DNA of 64,000 nucleotides from Trichomonas gallinae (GCA_008369845.1 MRSU01010611.1:1-64000), one strand, 5' to 3'. Shown: positions 35,302 to 46,988, counted from the stretch's first letter. Numbers and translations are program-made. The notes: generated by a model from the letters alone, not told the origin.

Positions 35302-36483
35302 TTAATCATATTTGATACGATATCCGAGCCTGTCATGGTATCCTCGTTTCCTCAATTGAATCAGAGCTTGAATACTGATGACCATTTTGTAAAACAGATA
35401 AATAATAATTATTGCACAAATAAGTTTCAAGTAAAATGTATAATCTTTGAACAATGGAACTATTTCACGACGAATGAATCCAACAAAGCCAGCACCTGGG
35501 CCTTCTTCTGGAATTAAGCCATTCCATACATCATTAACCCATTGTCTTAATGACTCACCGTCATTAAAGTCACCTTTGAATGTGAAGTATGTATTCCTGT
35601 AAATATTAATCATAGCTACCCATGGATTCGCTTTCACATCAAAATTGTTCTGCTTGCAAAATTTCACGAATTCGATGCAATCGATTGAAGTAGATTTGAG
35701 GTTTGTAGGGAACTGCGATGTCATTGAGTAAATCTTGTTCGAATAAATATGACTGAGATTTCCGACGACCAAAAAAGGCTGTCTGAGTTCATTTAGTATG
35801 CTGAAGAATGTACTTGACACGAGCCCGTATGGAGGATATATGTGATCTAAGACAAATCGATTAATTTTTTTAACCACCATCTGATTATTAACTGCAAGCT
35901 GCATTTTCGTAGGTGAATAGTAATATACTATCGTAGGGTATTCGTAGTCATACTTTTTGAATGTCAAATTCAAGAATTTTGCCGGATAACTTACGTATTT
36001 TTCAGCAAGACTTGAATAAGTCGAACTTAGCTGCGAACCTTCAAGATCTTGTAGGATAAATATCGAGGAATTGATATTGGCTTTCAATTCGGTGTTAAGT
36101 TTCTCTTCGGAATCAATTTGTATAACGCGTGGTTCGATGTATTTTTGAATAAAAGCCTTAACTTCTTCAAAGGTTCGTGAATTATCGAATTTCTCTGCAT
36201 TTTCAATTGTAGAAGTGGTAATATACAATCTAGGAGTGCCCTGACCAGGGAATTTCTCACAGAGCTGGTGATCACTGTCACAAGAGATAGTTGCCATATC
36301 GATTTTTTTATTCTTGGCGAAATAATGCTCAATTTTTTCGCGAGTTGGTTTAAATTGATAACAATGCGGACACCATTGAGATATCAGAGTCACAAATAAT
36401 GGCTTATGTGGCTTCTCAGTGAAATATTTCTTGTGATTTTTCATTGTTATCTGGAAACTACACAAGATATAAATCAACGACAT
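35302..36483 (-). CDS. Thioredoxin/PDI-like membrane protein
   Basis: WCPHC active site, further thioredoxin-like folds without CxxC, a C-terminal TM helix and a basic tail. Confidence 0.85.
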   Translation of the reverse strand: MSLIYILCSFQITMKNHKKYFTEKPHKPLFVTLISQWCPHCYQFKPTREKIEHYFAKNKKIDMATISCDSDHQLCEKFPGQGTPRLYITTSTIENAEKFDNSRTFEEVKAFIQKYIEPRVIQIDSEEKLNTELKANINSSIFILQDLEGSQLSSTYSSLAEKYVSYPAKFLNLTFKKYDYEYPTIVYYYSPTKMQLAVNNQMVVKKINRFVLDHIYPPYGLVSSTFFSILNELRQPFLVVGNLSHIYSNKIYSMTSQFPTNLKSTSIDCIEFVKFCKQNNFDVKANPWVAMINIYRNTYFTFKGDFNDGESLRQWVNDVWNGLIPEEGPGAGFVGFIRREIVPLFKDYTFYLKLICAIIIIYLFYKMVISIQALIQLRKRGYHDRLGYRIKYD

Positions 36484-37628
36484 TTTTTCTAATAAAAAGG
36501 TTAACCTTAATTTTCACAGATATTCGCTTGCAAATAATGCAGCAAAACTGTTTTATCAAGCGAAAATCGCGAAATGTGAAATGAAAACATTTGACGAATT
36601 TCACAACTGATTTTGCAGTTGGTGGATGCCAAAATAAACCTTACATCTATCATAGTCTTGTATTATAGCCACTAAGCACAAAATCGATTTTATCAAAGCC
36701 AAAATTTTATTATTCTAGATAGTATTGACATCTTGTCAGCAGCTGTAGTAGACCATTCAAGGTGTAAACCTTTTTTGTTCTCTCATTACTTATTCATGCA
36801 TTATTATTAGTATAATTTCCTTCCCGAATTTCTACATTCTGTAATTCTATAAAAGATGCGGATACCTGGTCTTTCCAGCAGAATCTTTCCAAGTTAAGGC
36901 TATAAATACAATAGGGCCATAAGAAACACATTGTAGAAAATTTCAAATTGGTTATATGAGGCTCATAGAGTTCAATATGGACTCAATGATTAGTTTGTAG
37001 TAAACTAGTATTAATAAGAATAATATAATTTTTGATTCATCAAATCTGTACTGACAAAACAAGAAAATCGATTAAATAAGATTTCATTTCTCTTGTGGGA
37101 TTAGGGTGTATTGTGTATTTGTTAAATTACCTACTAGTTTAGTTCAATTCTAATAACATAAGCTAGTAGACTTCAATTTTTAGCCTGGTGAAATTTTGAT
37201 AAATATCAGAAATTTGCGATTTTAGTATCACTTTTTAAGCGAAGTCCAAAATTGTGAAAAGTGAGACTGCATCTTTGATTTTATATCATAAAAGCATGAG
37301 TGAATTTTGAATAGCTGTGTTTGCGAGAATCTTGATTTTGCTGCTTGTCCCGAAAATGCTAAAAATGTATATAATAGGTTGTTTGTAGTTCATGACAAAT
37401 AAATCGGACTGGGATCCAGATTTTGAATACTGTTTAAAACAGCTCTGAAAAATCGATAAACAATATTGAAAATTATAATCTTGTTTTTACATTAAATACA
37501 TCATTTTTGGCGTCAAGCGAATAAGTAGCTTGGGAAAGAAACCTTTGAAACCATTTGACAAACCGTTTAACGGACAAAAAGTGAGGATTTATTTTTATAG
37601 TCACTTTTTTCTATTTATTTTTTATTAG

Positions 37629-38795
37629 ATGGGAATTTCAGTTTCTGTCGATTCATGGATTGAGCAGACTCTCATTGATTTGGGCGAAAAGAAGTATGAT
37701 CAAAAAGATGTCATATACACGAGCTTAATAGCAGCTGCGACAAACACGTCTGAAATTTTCTTGGTTCCAGCAGACGTATTTAAAACAATTGTTAAAGACG
37801 CCAAAGGCAACCTTCAGCATATTCTCCTAAGATCATTGGAGGGCCTAAATGACCCGGATCCCCAACAGCGTATAAATTCTGCCGCTTTATTATCAAAGAT
37901 TTTCCCATTTATGATTAACAACAACAATGGTCTGGACTTGTTATCGTTCTTATATTCGGAACAGATGATTTGCGGAGACAAAGTATCACCAGCGGATTAT
38001 ATAATTACGATCGCCATTAATACGCTGATTTCATTCAGCTCAACACAATATGCTGACATAAAACTCAGAGTTGAACAAACTGAGGAAATATTTGACCTTC
38101 TTGCCTTTACAGTTTTCGCGATTTTGAAATATTACAATAATCAGACACTATATCATTCCTTAATCGTTTACTGCATCTCTAAAGGCGTTGAGGTTATTGA
38201 ACCATTGCTCAACTACATCCACGCAGGCGGAAGAGCCATTGCTTTAGTTGCATTATTCGGAATTCTTCTCTTCCATCCTTCAAATGACTTCGCAGAACCA
38301 GTTAAGGCTTTCATAGCCAATGGTGGTATCATATCAAACAATTTGCTTCAAATTTACGCCGATGATAGCGATTTGCTATGTTACATCGCTTCAATTGGCG
38401 TTGAAGATGAAAAAGTCGTTGTCCCATCTAAATCAATCACTGAGAGCAGGCTTTACAGGCTGAGTCTTCTCAAAATACTCGTTGACGGAGAACCATTTAA
38501 TGCAAATTATATTGACCTCTATAATATCATCTTTCAGTTCAACTCTATGCTTGCTAAGTATGTGTACAGCAAGACACCGAACATTACTCAGGATTATCTT
38601 CAGAGCTGTCCAAAATTGACTAATTTGTCATTCTCGATGCCTAAAACACAACAATGGTTCTTGAAATGGGTCACACAGTCAATCTCTGAGCTCTTCTTGT
38701 ACATTCAAAGCTCTTGGTTTGAAGGAACAGATCTTAAGATTGAAACCCCTTCATTTGAATGCCTCGAACAGCTTGTTGTGTATAACAGTGCTTAA
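37629..38795 (+). CDS. HID1/dymeclin-like protein (short, divergent)
   Basis: MGISVS myristoylation motif. SEIFLVPADVFKTIVKDAKGNL...NSAALLSKIFPFM parallels the HID1 N-terminus, and WFEGTDLKI recalls its C-terminus (from memory, not aligned). Inr TCACTTT at 37601. Confidence 0.55.
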   Translation: MGISVSVDSWIEQTLIDLGEKKYDQKDVIYTSLIAAATNTSEIFLVPADVFKTIVKDAKGNLQHILLRSLEGLNDPDPQQRINSAALLSKIFPFMINNNNGLDLLSFLYSEQMICGDKVSPADYIITIAINTLISFSSTQYADIKLRVEQTEEIFDLLAFTVFAILKYYNNQTLYHSLIVYCISKGVEVIEPLLNYIHAGGRAIALVALFGILLFHPSNDFAEPVKAFIANGGIISNNLLQIYADDSDLLCYIASIGVEDEKVVVPSKSITESRLYRLSLLKILVDGEPFNANYIDLYNIIFQFNSMLAKYVYSKTPNITQDYLQSCPKLTNLSFSMPKTQQWFLKWVTQSISELFLYIQSSWFEGTDLKIETPSFECLEQLVVYNSA

Positions 38796-39100
38796 GACCG
38801 ACATTAGATATCTAGTTCGACCTCAGATATTTGATTTGAAATCGAATTATCGTTGTTTTTTTTAGTAAAACTATAATACTTCATTCTTTCCTAAACAATA
38901 ATATTGTTGACATTAACCTTTTCTCATGCTTTTATTAATAACAACACAAATAGCTAAATTTCGAAAAATCAAATTAAATTTATTTTGAATTTAAGATTGA
39001 TTGTATTGAAAATGTAATCAACTTAAGCAAATGTAGTCATTGTCTTTAAGCGTTCAAATGATGCATAAAAATATTAAAATTAATATCTTGATAGATGTAT

Positions 39101-39748
39101 TTATGATGATTGGTTGTTGTTTGTAATGTCAAGGAGTTTCTCCAAGGCCATTGAGAGAGTATATTCAGGCGAGATTACTTCCGCCTTCATTCCTAATGCG
39201 CGAGCATTTTTGATGTTCGGCTTTGAATCATCGTATAAGATGCAGTCCTTTGGATCTGCACCTGCAAGACGTGCATAAACACCAAAATTTCCAGGAACCT
39301 GCTTCGGATGGAAAACACCATCGAAATAAGTAGCCCTGATATCAATGCACTTGTAGCAGGTCGAATCAAGTCTTTTTCCGAAGCGATAATAACTTATATT
39401 GTCAACATGCTCTTTTACATTATTTGTAGCGATATAAATATCGTATTTCTTTGATGCTTGCTCTAGCAAACTGTACATGTAGTCATCGCGTTCGACTTTT
39501 GAGTAATCCATTTTCTTATACATATCTACGCCAACTTTATCGAATTTCTCGAGATCTCCTTGAAGAATTCTCAATGCCCAATTGAAAACACCTGGTTCGC
39601 CAATGTTACTTTGTTTATCGATGTCTTCTTGTGTGTAGCCAAGATCTTTGATGCATTGCATTAAGTATTCGATCATAAGCTCCAAAGGTGTCCAATCGTT
39701 CGGGTAAATTGTGTCATCAAGATCGATCAGTATAACAGGTCTTCCCAT
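39101..39748 (-). CDS. HAD-superfamily hydrolase (pyrimidine 5'-nucleotidase-like)
   Basis: Motif I LIDLDDTIY, motif II ATNN, motif III PK and motif IV LYDDSKPN. Confidence 0.88.
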   Translation of the reverse strand: MGRPVILIDLDDTIYPNDWTPLELMIEYLMQCIKDLGYTQEDIDKQSNIGEPGVFNWALRILQGDLEKFDKVGVDMYKKMDYSKVERDDYMYSLLEQASKKYDIYIATNNVKEHVDNISYYRFGKRLDSTCYKCIDIRATYFDGVFHPKQVPGNFGVYARLAGADPKDCILYDDSKPNIKNARALGMKAEVISPEYTLSMALEKLLDITNNNQSS

Positions 39749-39760
39749 GAAAATTTTATT

Positions 39761-39970
39761 GGCCCCTTCATATTTTTGTCAGACCCAATACTAGAGAAAT
39801 ATAAGGAAAATTAACCCCTTCTTATTTGGGTTAGACCCTTTATTTCTGAAATTGTGAGAATATTTGACCCGATTTATTTTTGTTAGAACCTAGATTTAAT
39901 GAATTTTGTGAGAATGTAGACCCTTCTTATTTTTGGTAGACCCTTTATTGATGAATTTTGTGAAAATTTC
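39761..39970. repeat. ~52-bp degenerate tandem repeat x4 filling a divergent promoter
   Basis: Units start at ~39761, 39813, 39866 and 39919, with consensus near GACCCTTCTTATTTTTGTTAGACCCTTTATT...GAATTTTGTGAGAAT. Confidence 0.85.
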
Positions 39971-39995
39971 TAAACGTACATATTTTTTTGAAAAA

Positions 39996-40973
39996 ATGAG
40001 TTCATTTGGACCCTATGCGACAGAGGCACACAGATTAGAGCAAGATAAAATTCAAATGAGACGTGAGATCGATGAGCTGAGAGAAGCACTTGATAAAAAA
40101 TCGAGGAAATTAGAACAAGCAATTTCCGAATTAAAAATCACAAAGGAACGCTTGAGCAGATCATCTTCTGTATCTGATTATAACAAAGAAGAAACCAATT
40201 ACAAGAAATATATCCGTGAATTAGAGGAAGAAAATGAATACTTGAGATCAAAGTCATCGTGCAAGTGCTGCTGCTGTTGCTGCTGCAAGTGTGATCCAAT
40301 GAGAGGCTTTGATAGAGCAGAAGAGTCGTTGAAGAAACTTGTCAACAAATATCAGCTTCTCAAAGAAGATTATGAACATCTTGCCAACGAAAACAAGCAG
40401 TGGAGTGACTTCTGCTACTTTATCTACGGTGTTGCATCTACAAATCTTCAGTATTTCCCCGAATTCCCAGAAAATTCTCCAGAAACTCAACGTAAAATTG
40501 TATCTTCGTTGATTAGAAAGGTTTGCAAAGTCGGATGTAAGGAAATTTCCGAGCATGCTGAGTTTGAAAACCTGAAAAACAAGTATTCTAAAATTACAAA
40601 AGGAATTTCAACAATTCATTACGAATGTGACAATCTTGATGGCATCCTAAACGATTATCCGTCATTCTACAACAGAAAAACAGGTGAGATCTCAAGAATA
40701 GAAGATAAAGTCTTCAATGATTCAGATTCATCAAGAAAGCGAAAGAATTACACAAGATACGAATACACAGTAGAGAAAACTACAACAAAGAAGAACGTTT
40801 CTCCTTCAGATATTACAAGAAACATCAAAAAGGCTGAGGAAAAGATCGAGAATATCGAGTCCGCAGCAAACATCAACAGATCTTCGTTAAAATCGAATCT
40901 CAGAAAATTACATACTGCAACGAAATCTCTAAAGGAAGACTACAACAAACTCGCTGATTTGGACAGAGAGTGA
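39996..40973 (+). CDS. Coiled-coil protein with internal poly-cysteine run
   Basis: ATG at 39996 (track start is a TTG inside the repeat). Heptad repeats and CKCCCCCCKC. Confidence 0.8.
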   Translation: MSSFGPYATEAHRLEQDKIQMRREIDELREALDKKSRKLEQAISELKITKERLSRSSSVSDYNKEETNYKKYIRELEEENEYLRSKSSCKCCCCCCCKCDPMRGFDRAEESLKKLVNKYQLLKEDYEHLANENKQWSDFCYFIYGVASTNLQYFPEFPENSPETQRKIVSSLIRKVCKVGCKEISEHAEFENLKNKYSKITKGISTIHYECDNLDGILNDYPSFYNRKTGEISRIEDKVFNDSDSSRKRKNYTRYEYTVEKTTTKKNVSPSDITRNIKKAEEKIENIESAANINRSSLKSNLRKLHTATKSLKEDYNKLADLDRE

Positions 40974-41639
40974 TGTATTTGTTGTAATTGCTACGATTGT
41001 ACTGTGTTTTGATTTGTTAAATTAAAATATTTTTATCAATTTGTAGTTGTTTTTATGATCTCATCGAACATTCACTAATATTTCATCAGATCTGTTGATT
41101 ATATGATGGTTTTTTGCCCAGCAACTGAGTGTTCCAGCTTCTTTCATCGAAAATGAAAAGCAAAAATTTTTGGAAAAAGATATTTAATTTACAAAATTGC
41201 CTAATTTTTCCTCGAAAATGTGTAATTTGACGATTTTTCAAAAAATTAAAATAAGAGAATAGAATTAATATTACAAATAGATTATATTTTTAAAATAAAA
41301 TCGCCAAAATTCCGAAATCTCCAAAATATTTCGTTATTAATATTAAGTGGTCGGATAAAAATAACAGTATTTTTAAATATTTTTTAATCATATAAAACAA
41401 TTTTTATTGTCCAATTAACAAAATGTTGATTATTTCTCGATATTTTTTCGATATCTCAACAACTAGCCAATAGATATTGATAGTTGTTAATCATATAAAT
41501 AGATTAGAATAAGTAGTATTAGAAAAAAGGAGTGGTCGCGATAATTCGTTACTACAAATTGCAAAAAAATCGAAAAACCAAGAATTAAAAAACGGAAATT
41601 GTCACATTTTGTAAGTTGTCCAAATCATTTTTTTAGTGA

Positions 41640-43139
<1,500 letters not shown>

Positions 43140-43216
43140 ACATATTGAGATTTATTTATGCTTAGAATTAAACAACCAACTCTTTACTGTTACTCAAATC
43201 TCCAATATTTCTTGAT

Positions 43217-43455
43217 TAATCCAAAAAATTTACATTTTTTTTTATTTACGAAATCATCCTTAAAATTATCAATAAATGCATTTAAAAATCCTAATATTTC
43301 TGTAATATTTGACCGAAATGGCCAGTACTTATATTTTAATCCAATTTTTTGATTTGATTTTTGTTAATTTATGAAATCATTGATAAAATCAACAATAAAT
43401 GCATACAAAAACTTCAGTATTTCTATAAAAATTGATTGAAATCTACAATATTTTA
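43217..43455. repeat. ~120-bp diverged direct repeat x2 between convergent genes
   Basis: Both copies read TAATCCAA...ATTTA(C/T)GAAATCAT...TAAAAT...CAATAAATGCAT...TATTTCT...TTGA..GAAAT, at ~43217 and ~43337. Confidence 0.75.
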
Positions 43456-43490
43456 GAAGTTAATATTTTTGATCAACAAAATCTTCTATA

Positions 43491-44405
43491 TTAGTTCTGT
43501 TGTGGTGGCTGGAACATTCTGAAAACATTCTGGAAAAGATTTCCAAAATTAGGAGCTCCAGCGTTATTTTGTGGTGCAGGGCAGTGAATTGACTTGCAGC
43601 AAGCAATCCATTTTGTAAATTCACCATCCTTCTCCAAGAGTGGCTTGTAGCTTTGCTCTAATTGTGCAACAGCTTCAGAATTTTGTCTGATGCATGCATC
43701 GACAAGGAATTCAATGAAGTGGAAGAGTGGCTGCTCGAAGAATGAAGCAGAGAGTGTTTCTGGTAATGTTTCTTTCATTATTTGATAGTATTTCTGGGTT
43801 AATTCAATTCCACGAGCGGGAAGGGAAAGGATTGAGATCAGGAAACGCGCCATAATGTATTGTCCTGTGAATTCCTTGTCATCATCTGGAAGCGAAGTTA
43901 CCCATTCCCATTGAGAAATAATAACTTTTTTGATTGTATCGTCAATATCTATCTCTGGTTCTTCCGATGTAACTTCTCTGAGAAGTTCTATGAACGCAAA
44001 TGAATGTGCGTTGTCGGGCTGATGAGCTGCGATTGCAATTTCGAATTTCTTCTTGAAGAAGAGATGATCTTTGTCGCCAATAATGTTAGAAACCTTGCTA
44101 ATGTATGTGTAAAACTCTGTTGTAGCTGCATCTACTGTTGCTCTCTCGATAAATTTGATCAATGATTTTTTGAGAACGACTCTGATTGTTTTCGCATCCG
44201 GCGGGAACATTTCTATAGATCTGAGTGCAGAAACCGTAGCAGCCGGCCATTGGTTGACGTCGGCAAGTTTATGGGCCAAATCCATCATAAAGATCATTGC
44301 CTCATCGATTTTGTTTTCTTTCTTCAGCTTTCTAAGGACAAAGGAACTGCGTTCTACGGCTAAGTATCCATTGCCACTCTCGGCTATCTTAAATACAGAC
44401 TCCAT
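43491..44405 (-). CDS. GET4/TRC35-like alpha-helical protein
   Basis: QPLFHFIEFLVDAC...LEQSYKPLLEKDGEF resembles the Get4 C-terminal PLLNF..FLL...L...Y.P.L..D motif, followed by a Get4-like amphipathic tail FGNLFQNVFRMF. The length fits. Confidence 0.6.
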   Translation of the reverse strand: MESVFKIAESGNGYLAVERSSFVLRKLKKENKIDEAMIFMMDLAHKLADVNQWPAATVSALRSIEMFPPDAKTIRVVLKKSLIKFIERATVDAATTEFYTYISKVSNIIGDKDHLFFKKKFEIAIAAHQPDNAHSFAFIELLREVTSEEPEIDIDDTIKKVIISQWEWVTSLPDDDKEFTGQYIMARFLISILSLPARGIELTQKYYQIMKETLPETLSASFFEQPLFHFIEFLVDACIRQNSEAVAQLEQSYKPLLEKDGEFTKWIACCKSIHCPAPQNNAGAPNFGNLFQNVFRMFQPPQQN

Positions 44406-44410
44406 TTTGA

Positions 44411-44651
44411 GTTTACAAAATAATCGTAATTATCACGTAACTAATTTTTCTGTCATATAAAGTTTACAAATTCACAATAAATGCCACGTAAACGTATTTT
44501 TCTGCCTTATAAAATACACAGAATAATCATAATTGTCATGAACTTTTCCCTGCTATATAAAGTTAAGACAATTATTATAAATGTCACGTAAATATTTTTT
44601 ATGTCATATAAAGTTTACAATTATTACGATCGACAGATTTTGACATGTAAA
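44411..44651. repeat. ~51-bp degenerate tandem repeat x4+ in a divergent promoter, with TGTCA(C/T)(G/A)TAAA motifs
   Basis: Units begin GTTTACAA-like at 44411, 44462, ~44514, 44562 and 44613. Motifs lie at 44431, 44451, 44482, 44503, 44534, 44551, 44582 and 44602, with TGACATGTAAA at 44641. Confidence 0.85.
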
Positions 44652-44665
44652 TTTTAAATTTTTTT

Positions 44666-45010
44666 ATGGAAGAAATCAGAGAGTTCGAAATTCCAAAGAA
44701 CAAAATTAAATTAGAGGCTGATGTTAAATGCGCTGAGGCCTTAAAGCATAGATTATCTGTTAATGCAAAACCAAATCAATTCCAAACAATGTTCATGGCT
44801 TCAATTGCCATTTTAATGAACTTTGATCCAATTTTTATGTGGATTGCAGTATTTGTTGCAATAACATTGGCAATTAACGCACAACCAAATCTGAATACTC
44901 GACTTTCTCCAACAATTTTCTTAGGTGTCACTATTATCAGATATATGATGATTATCTACGGAAAAGCACCAAATTACGATGCATTCTTCCCACCATTGTT
45001 CAAAAAATAA
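44666..45010 (+). CDS. Small membrane protein, possibly Asterix/WDR83OS (PAT complex)-like
   Basis: 114 aa with three short hydrophobic segments. MASIAILMNFDPIFMWIAVFVAITLAINA loosely resembles the Asterix WVAV...S.AN motif. Confidence 0.5.
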   Translation: MEEIREFEIPKNKIKLEADVKCAEALKHRLSVNAKPNQFQTMFMASIAILMNFDPIFMWIAVFVAITLAINAQPNLNTRLSPTIFLGVTIIRYMMIIYGKAPNYDAFFPPLFKK

Positions 45011-45568
45011 TTCCGTTTCGATATTGAATGTTTAATTTTGTAAAATATAAAGAAAATTTCATCGCTAAATAGATATTTACATATAAACTTACTATACCAA
45101 CTCTTGTAATTTAAAATTAAATTCAAAGATATTATCAAAGACAATTTTTTGAAATAGCTTTTCAAATATAAACTTTATTGGACATAAAAATAACAATTTT
45201 TAATTGTCTATGCTAGTTCATAGCATCATAAAAAGTTATTGAAATATTTCTTATGAAAGTTATGTAAATCTTATAATATATCTTATTGTACAATTGTAAG
45301 CCTTAAAATGCTTAGAATGATTCATAAACTTCGTTTTGACTTCATCAAAATTGAATATATAGCAAAATATAGGAATTCATTGTATTTTCTTATATTTATG
45401 GGCTATGTACGTCAAATGAACATATAAAGAAGATTGAGCATCAAATGATTCAATAATTAGTTGAATATCAACAGATGATGCTGCATCAATGTATTATGTG
45501 TTCCATGGAAATGATGTTTTCGATAGAATTATCTAATGTTTGAAGGAAATTAAAATGTTAAATATTCG

Positions 45569-46258
45569 TTAGATGATATCATCGTTGTTTGCATATAAGT
45601 CCATGTTTTCAGCATCTTCCATTGATGCTTTAATTGCAAATGCAAGCTCATCATCTTCGTTAATTTGATCTTGTGAATATTCTGTTAATACTGGACCAAG
45701 AGGTGATGATAAAACAGAATCGCTAAGTATATGCTTATTATTTCTAATGCGAATATAGTATGATTCATTTAGGGTAGATCGAGCGATATTTTCTAAAATG
45801 TGTAAATTGTCGACTTCTGTGCCGAAAGCAACAATATCAATGAGTATATTATCGACATTTGCTCTTGTAACAATAGTTTTAGCATTATGTGGCGTAAGAT
45901 CGTTTCTTGAACCAACAAACAAGACAATTCTCTTTTGTGCAACATCTGATTTTGCGTATTTTAGTGCTAGAATTGCACATAGTATGCCTTTACAAACGAG
46001 TGCCTTGCCTCCAGGTTGAATTTTTTCGAATGCCTGATTGATTTTTGTTTCAGTGTTCATCAATGACATATGTATCCCGAAAAATTCAGATCCAATTGAT
46101 CCGATTGCTATGTCTGTTTGCGGAGAATATCTCAGATGAAAATTTGCAAGTCTCTGAACAGCAAGTTTCTGCGCATCAAGTCTATTTGGCTCAAAATCAC
46201 CATTTATTGATGTATCTGAGTTATCAATCAAAAAAATTATTGCTTCTTTATAACTCAT
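45569..46258 (-). CDS. Rpn10/S5a-like vWA + single UIM protein
   Basis: EAIIFLIDNSDTSINGDFEPNRLDAQK, QKRIVLFVGS, DIVAFG, LSDSVLSSP and the UIM EDDELAFAIKASM. The start at ATG 46258 fits the Rpn10 N-terminus; there is an upstream ATG at 46300. Confidence 0.85.
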   Translation of the reverse strand: MSYKEAIIFLIDNSDTSINGDFEPNRLDAQKLAVQRLANFHLRYSPQTDIAIGSIGSEFFGIHMSLMNTETKINQAFEKIQPGGKALVCKGILCAILALKYAKSDVAQKRIVLFVGSRNDLTPHNAKTIVTRANVDNILIDIVAFGTEVDNLHILENIARSTLNESYYIRIRNNKHILSDSVLSSPLGPVLTEYSQDQINEDDELAFAIKASMEDAENMDLYANNDDII

Positions 46259-46467
46259 TATCAATAAAAATTTTTGACATTTACATTTTTTACAAAACAT
46301 TGAGCAATTATAAAAACATTCAAATCATTCGACAACACTACATTTTTTCATCAAAAAATACATATATAGAACATGCTTCTTTATTGTTACGTTTCGATTA
46401 TTTAAAATATAGTGTCTATTTGGTTATTTTTCGTGTTTTAGATTTTGTAAATTTGTCATAACGAATT

Positions 46468-46887
46468 TTTACATGACAAAAATCTAAATCAAAATTAAAG
46501 TTATTTCTCGTTGTATATAAACAAACCTCAAGTAGTGTAAGAAATTTGCTGAATTAAAATCAAATATTTTACAAAAAAAAACAAATTTCATAAAAATTTA
46601 CTAACGAATTTTAATCTAAAATCTGCTACACGTAAACCTGACACTTTTGATAACGAATTTCCGAATGCCTCACAATATAAAAGTTGGGAAATTAAAAAAA
46701 GAGAAAAGGTTATTTTTTGTCAAAATGAAAATTTACATGACAAAAAATCATATCATTGTGAAATAATCAAAATTAGAGCTATTTCTCGTTGTATATAGAC
46801 ATTAATAAAGTAGTGTGATAAAATTATCGAATAAAAAACATATCATTAGCAAGAAAAACAATTTCAAAAACAAAAATAGCGAATTTT
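46468..46887. repeat. ~150-bp diverged direct duplication (46468-46612 and 46732-46887) in a divergent promoter
   Basis: Both copies read TTTACATGACAAAAA...AATCAAAATTA(A/G)AG(T/C)TATTTCTCGTTGTATATA(A/G)ACA...AAGTAGTGT...CGAATTTT. Confidence 0.85.
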
Positions 46888-46988
46888 CGCTGCAAAAACG
46901 TGTTAAATAGCTCTGAAAGATGAAGAAAAAAGAAGTGAAAAGGCCCTTTGTAAAGTGGTGGTTTTTCCGTTAGAAAAATATTACATCA

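Noticed and set aside
36840..36930. Minus-strand TWKDSAGKTRY resembling a Rab WDTAG motif
   Set aside because: The match is too weak, and no P-loop or NKxD motif is nearby.
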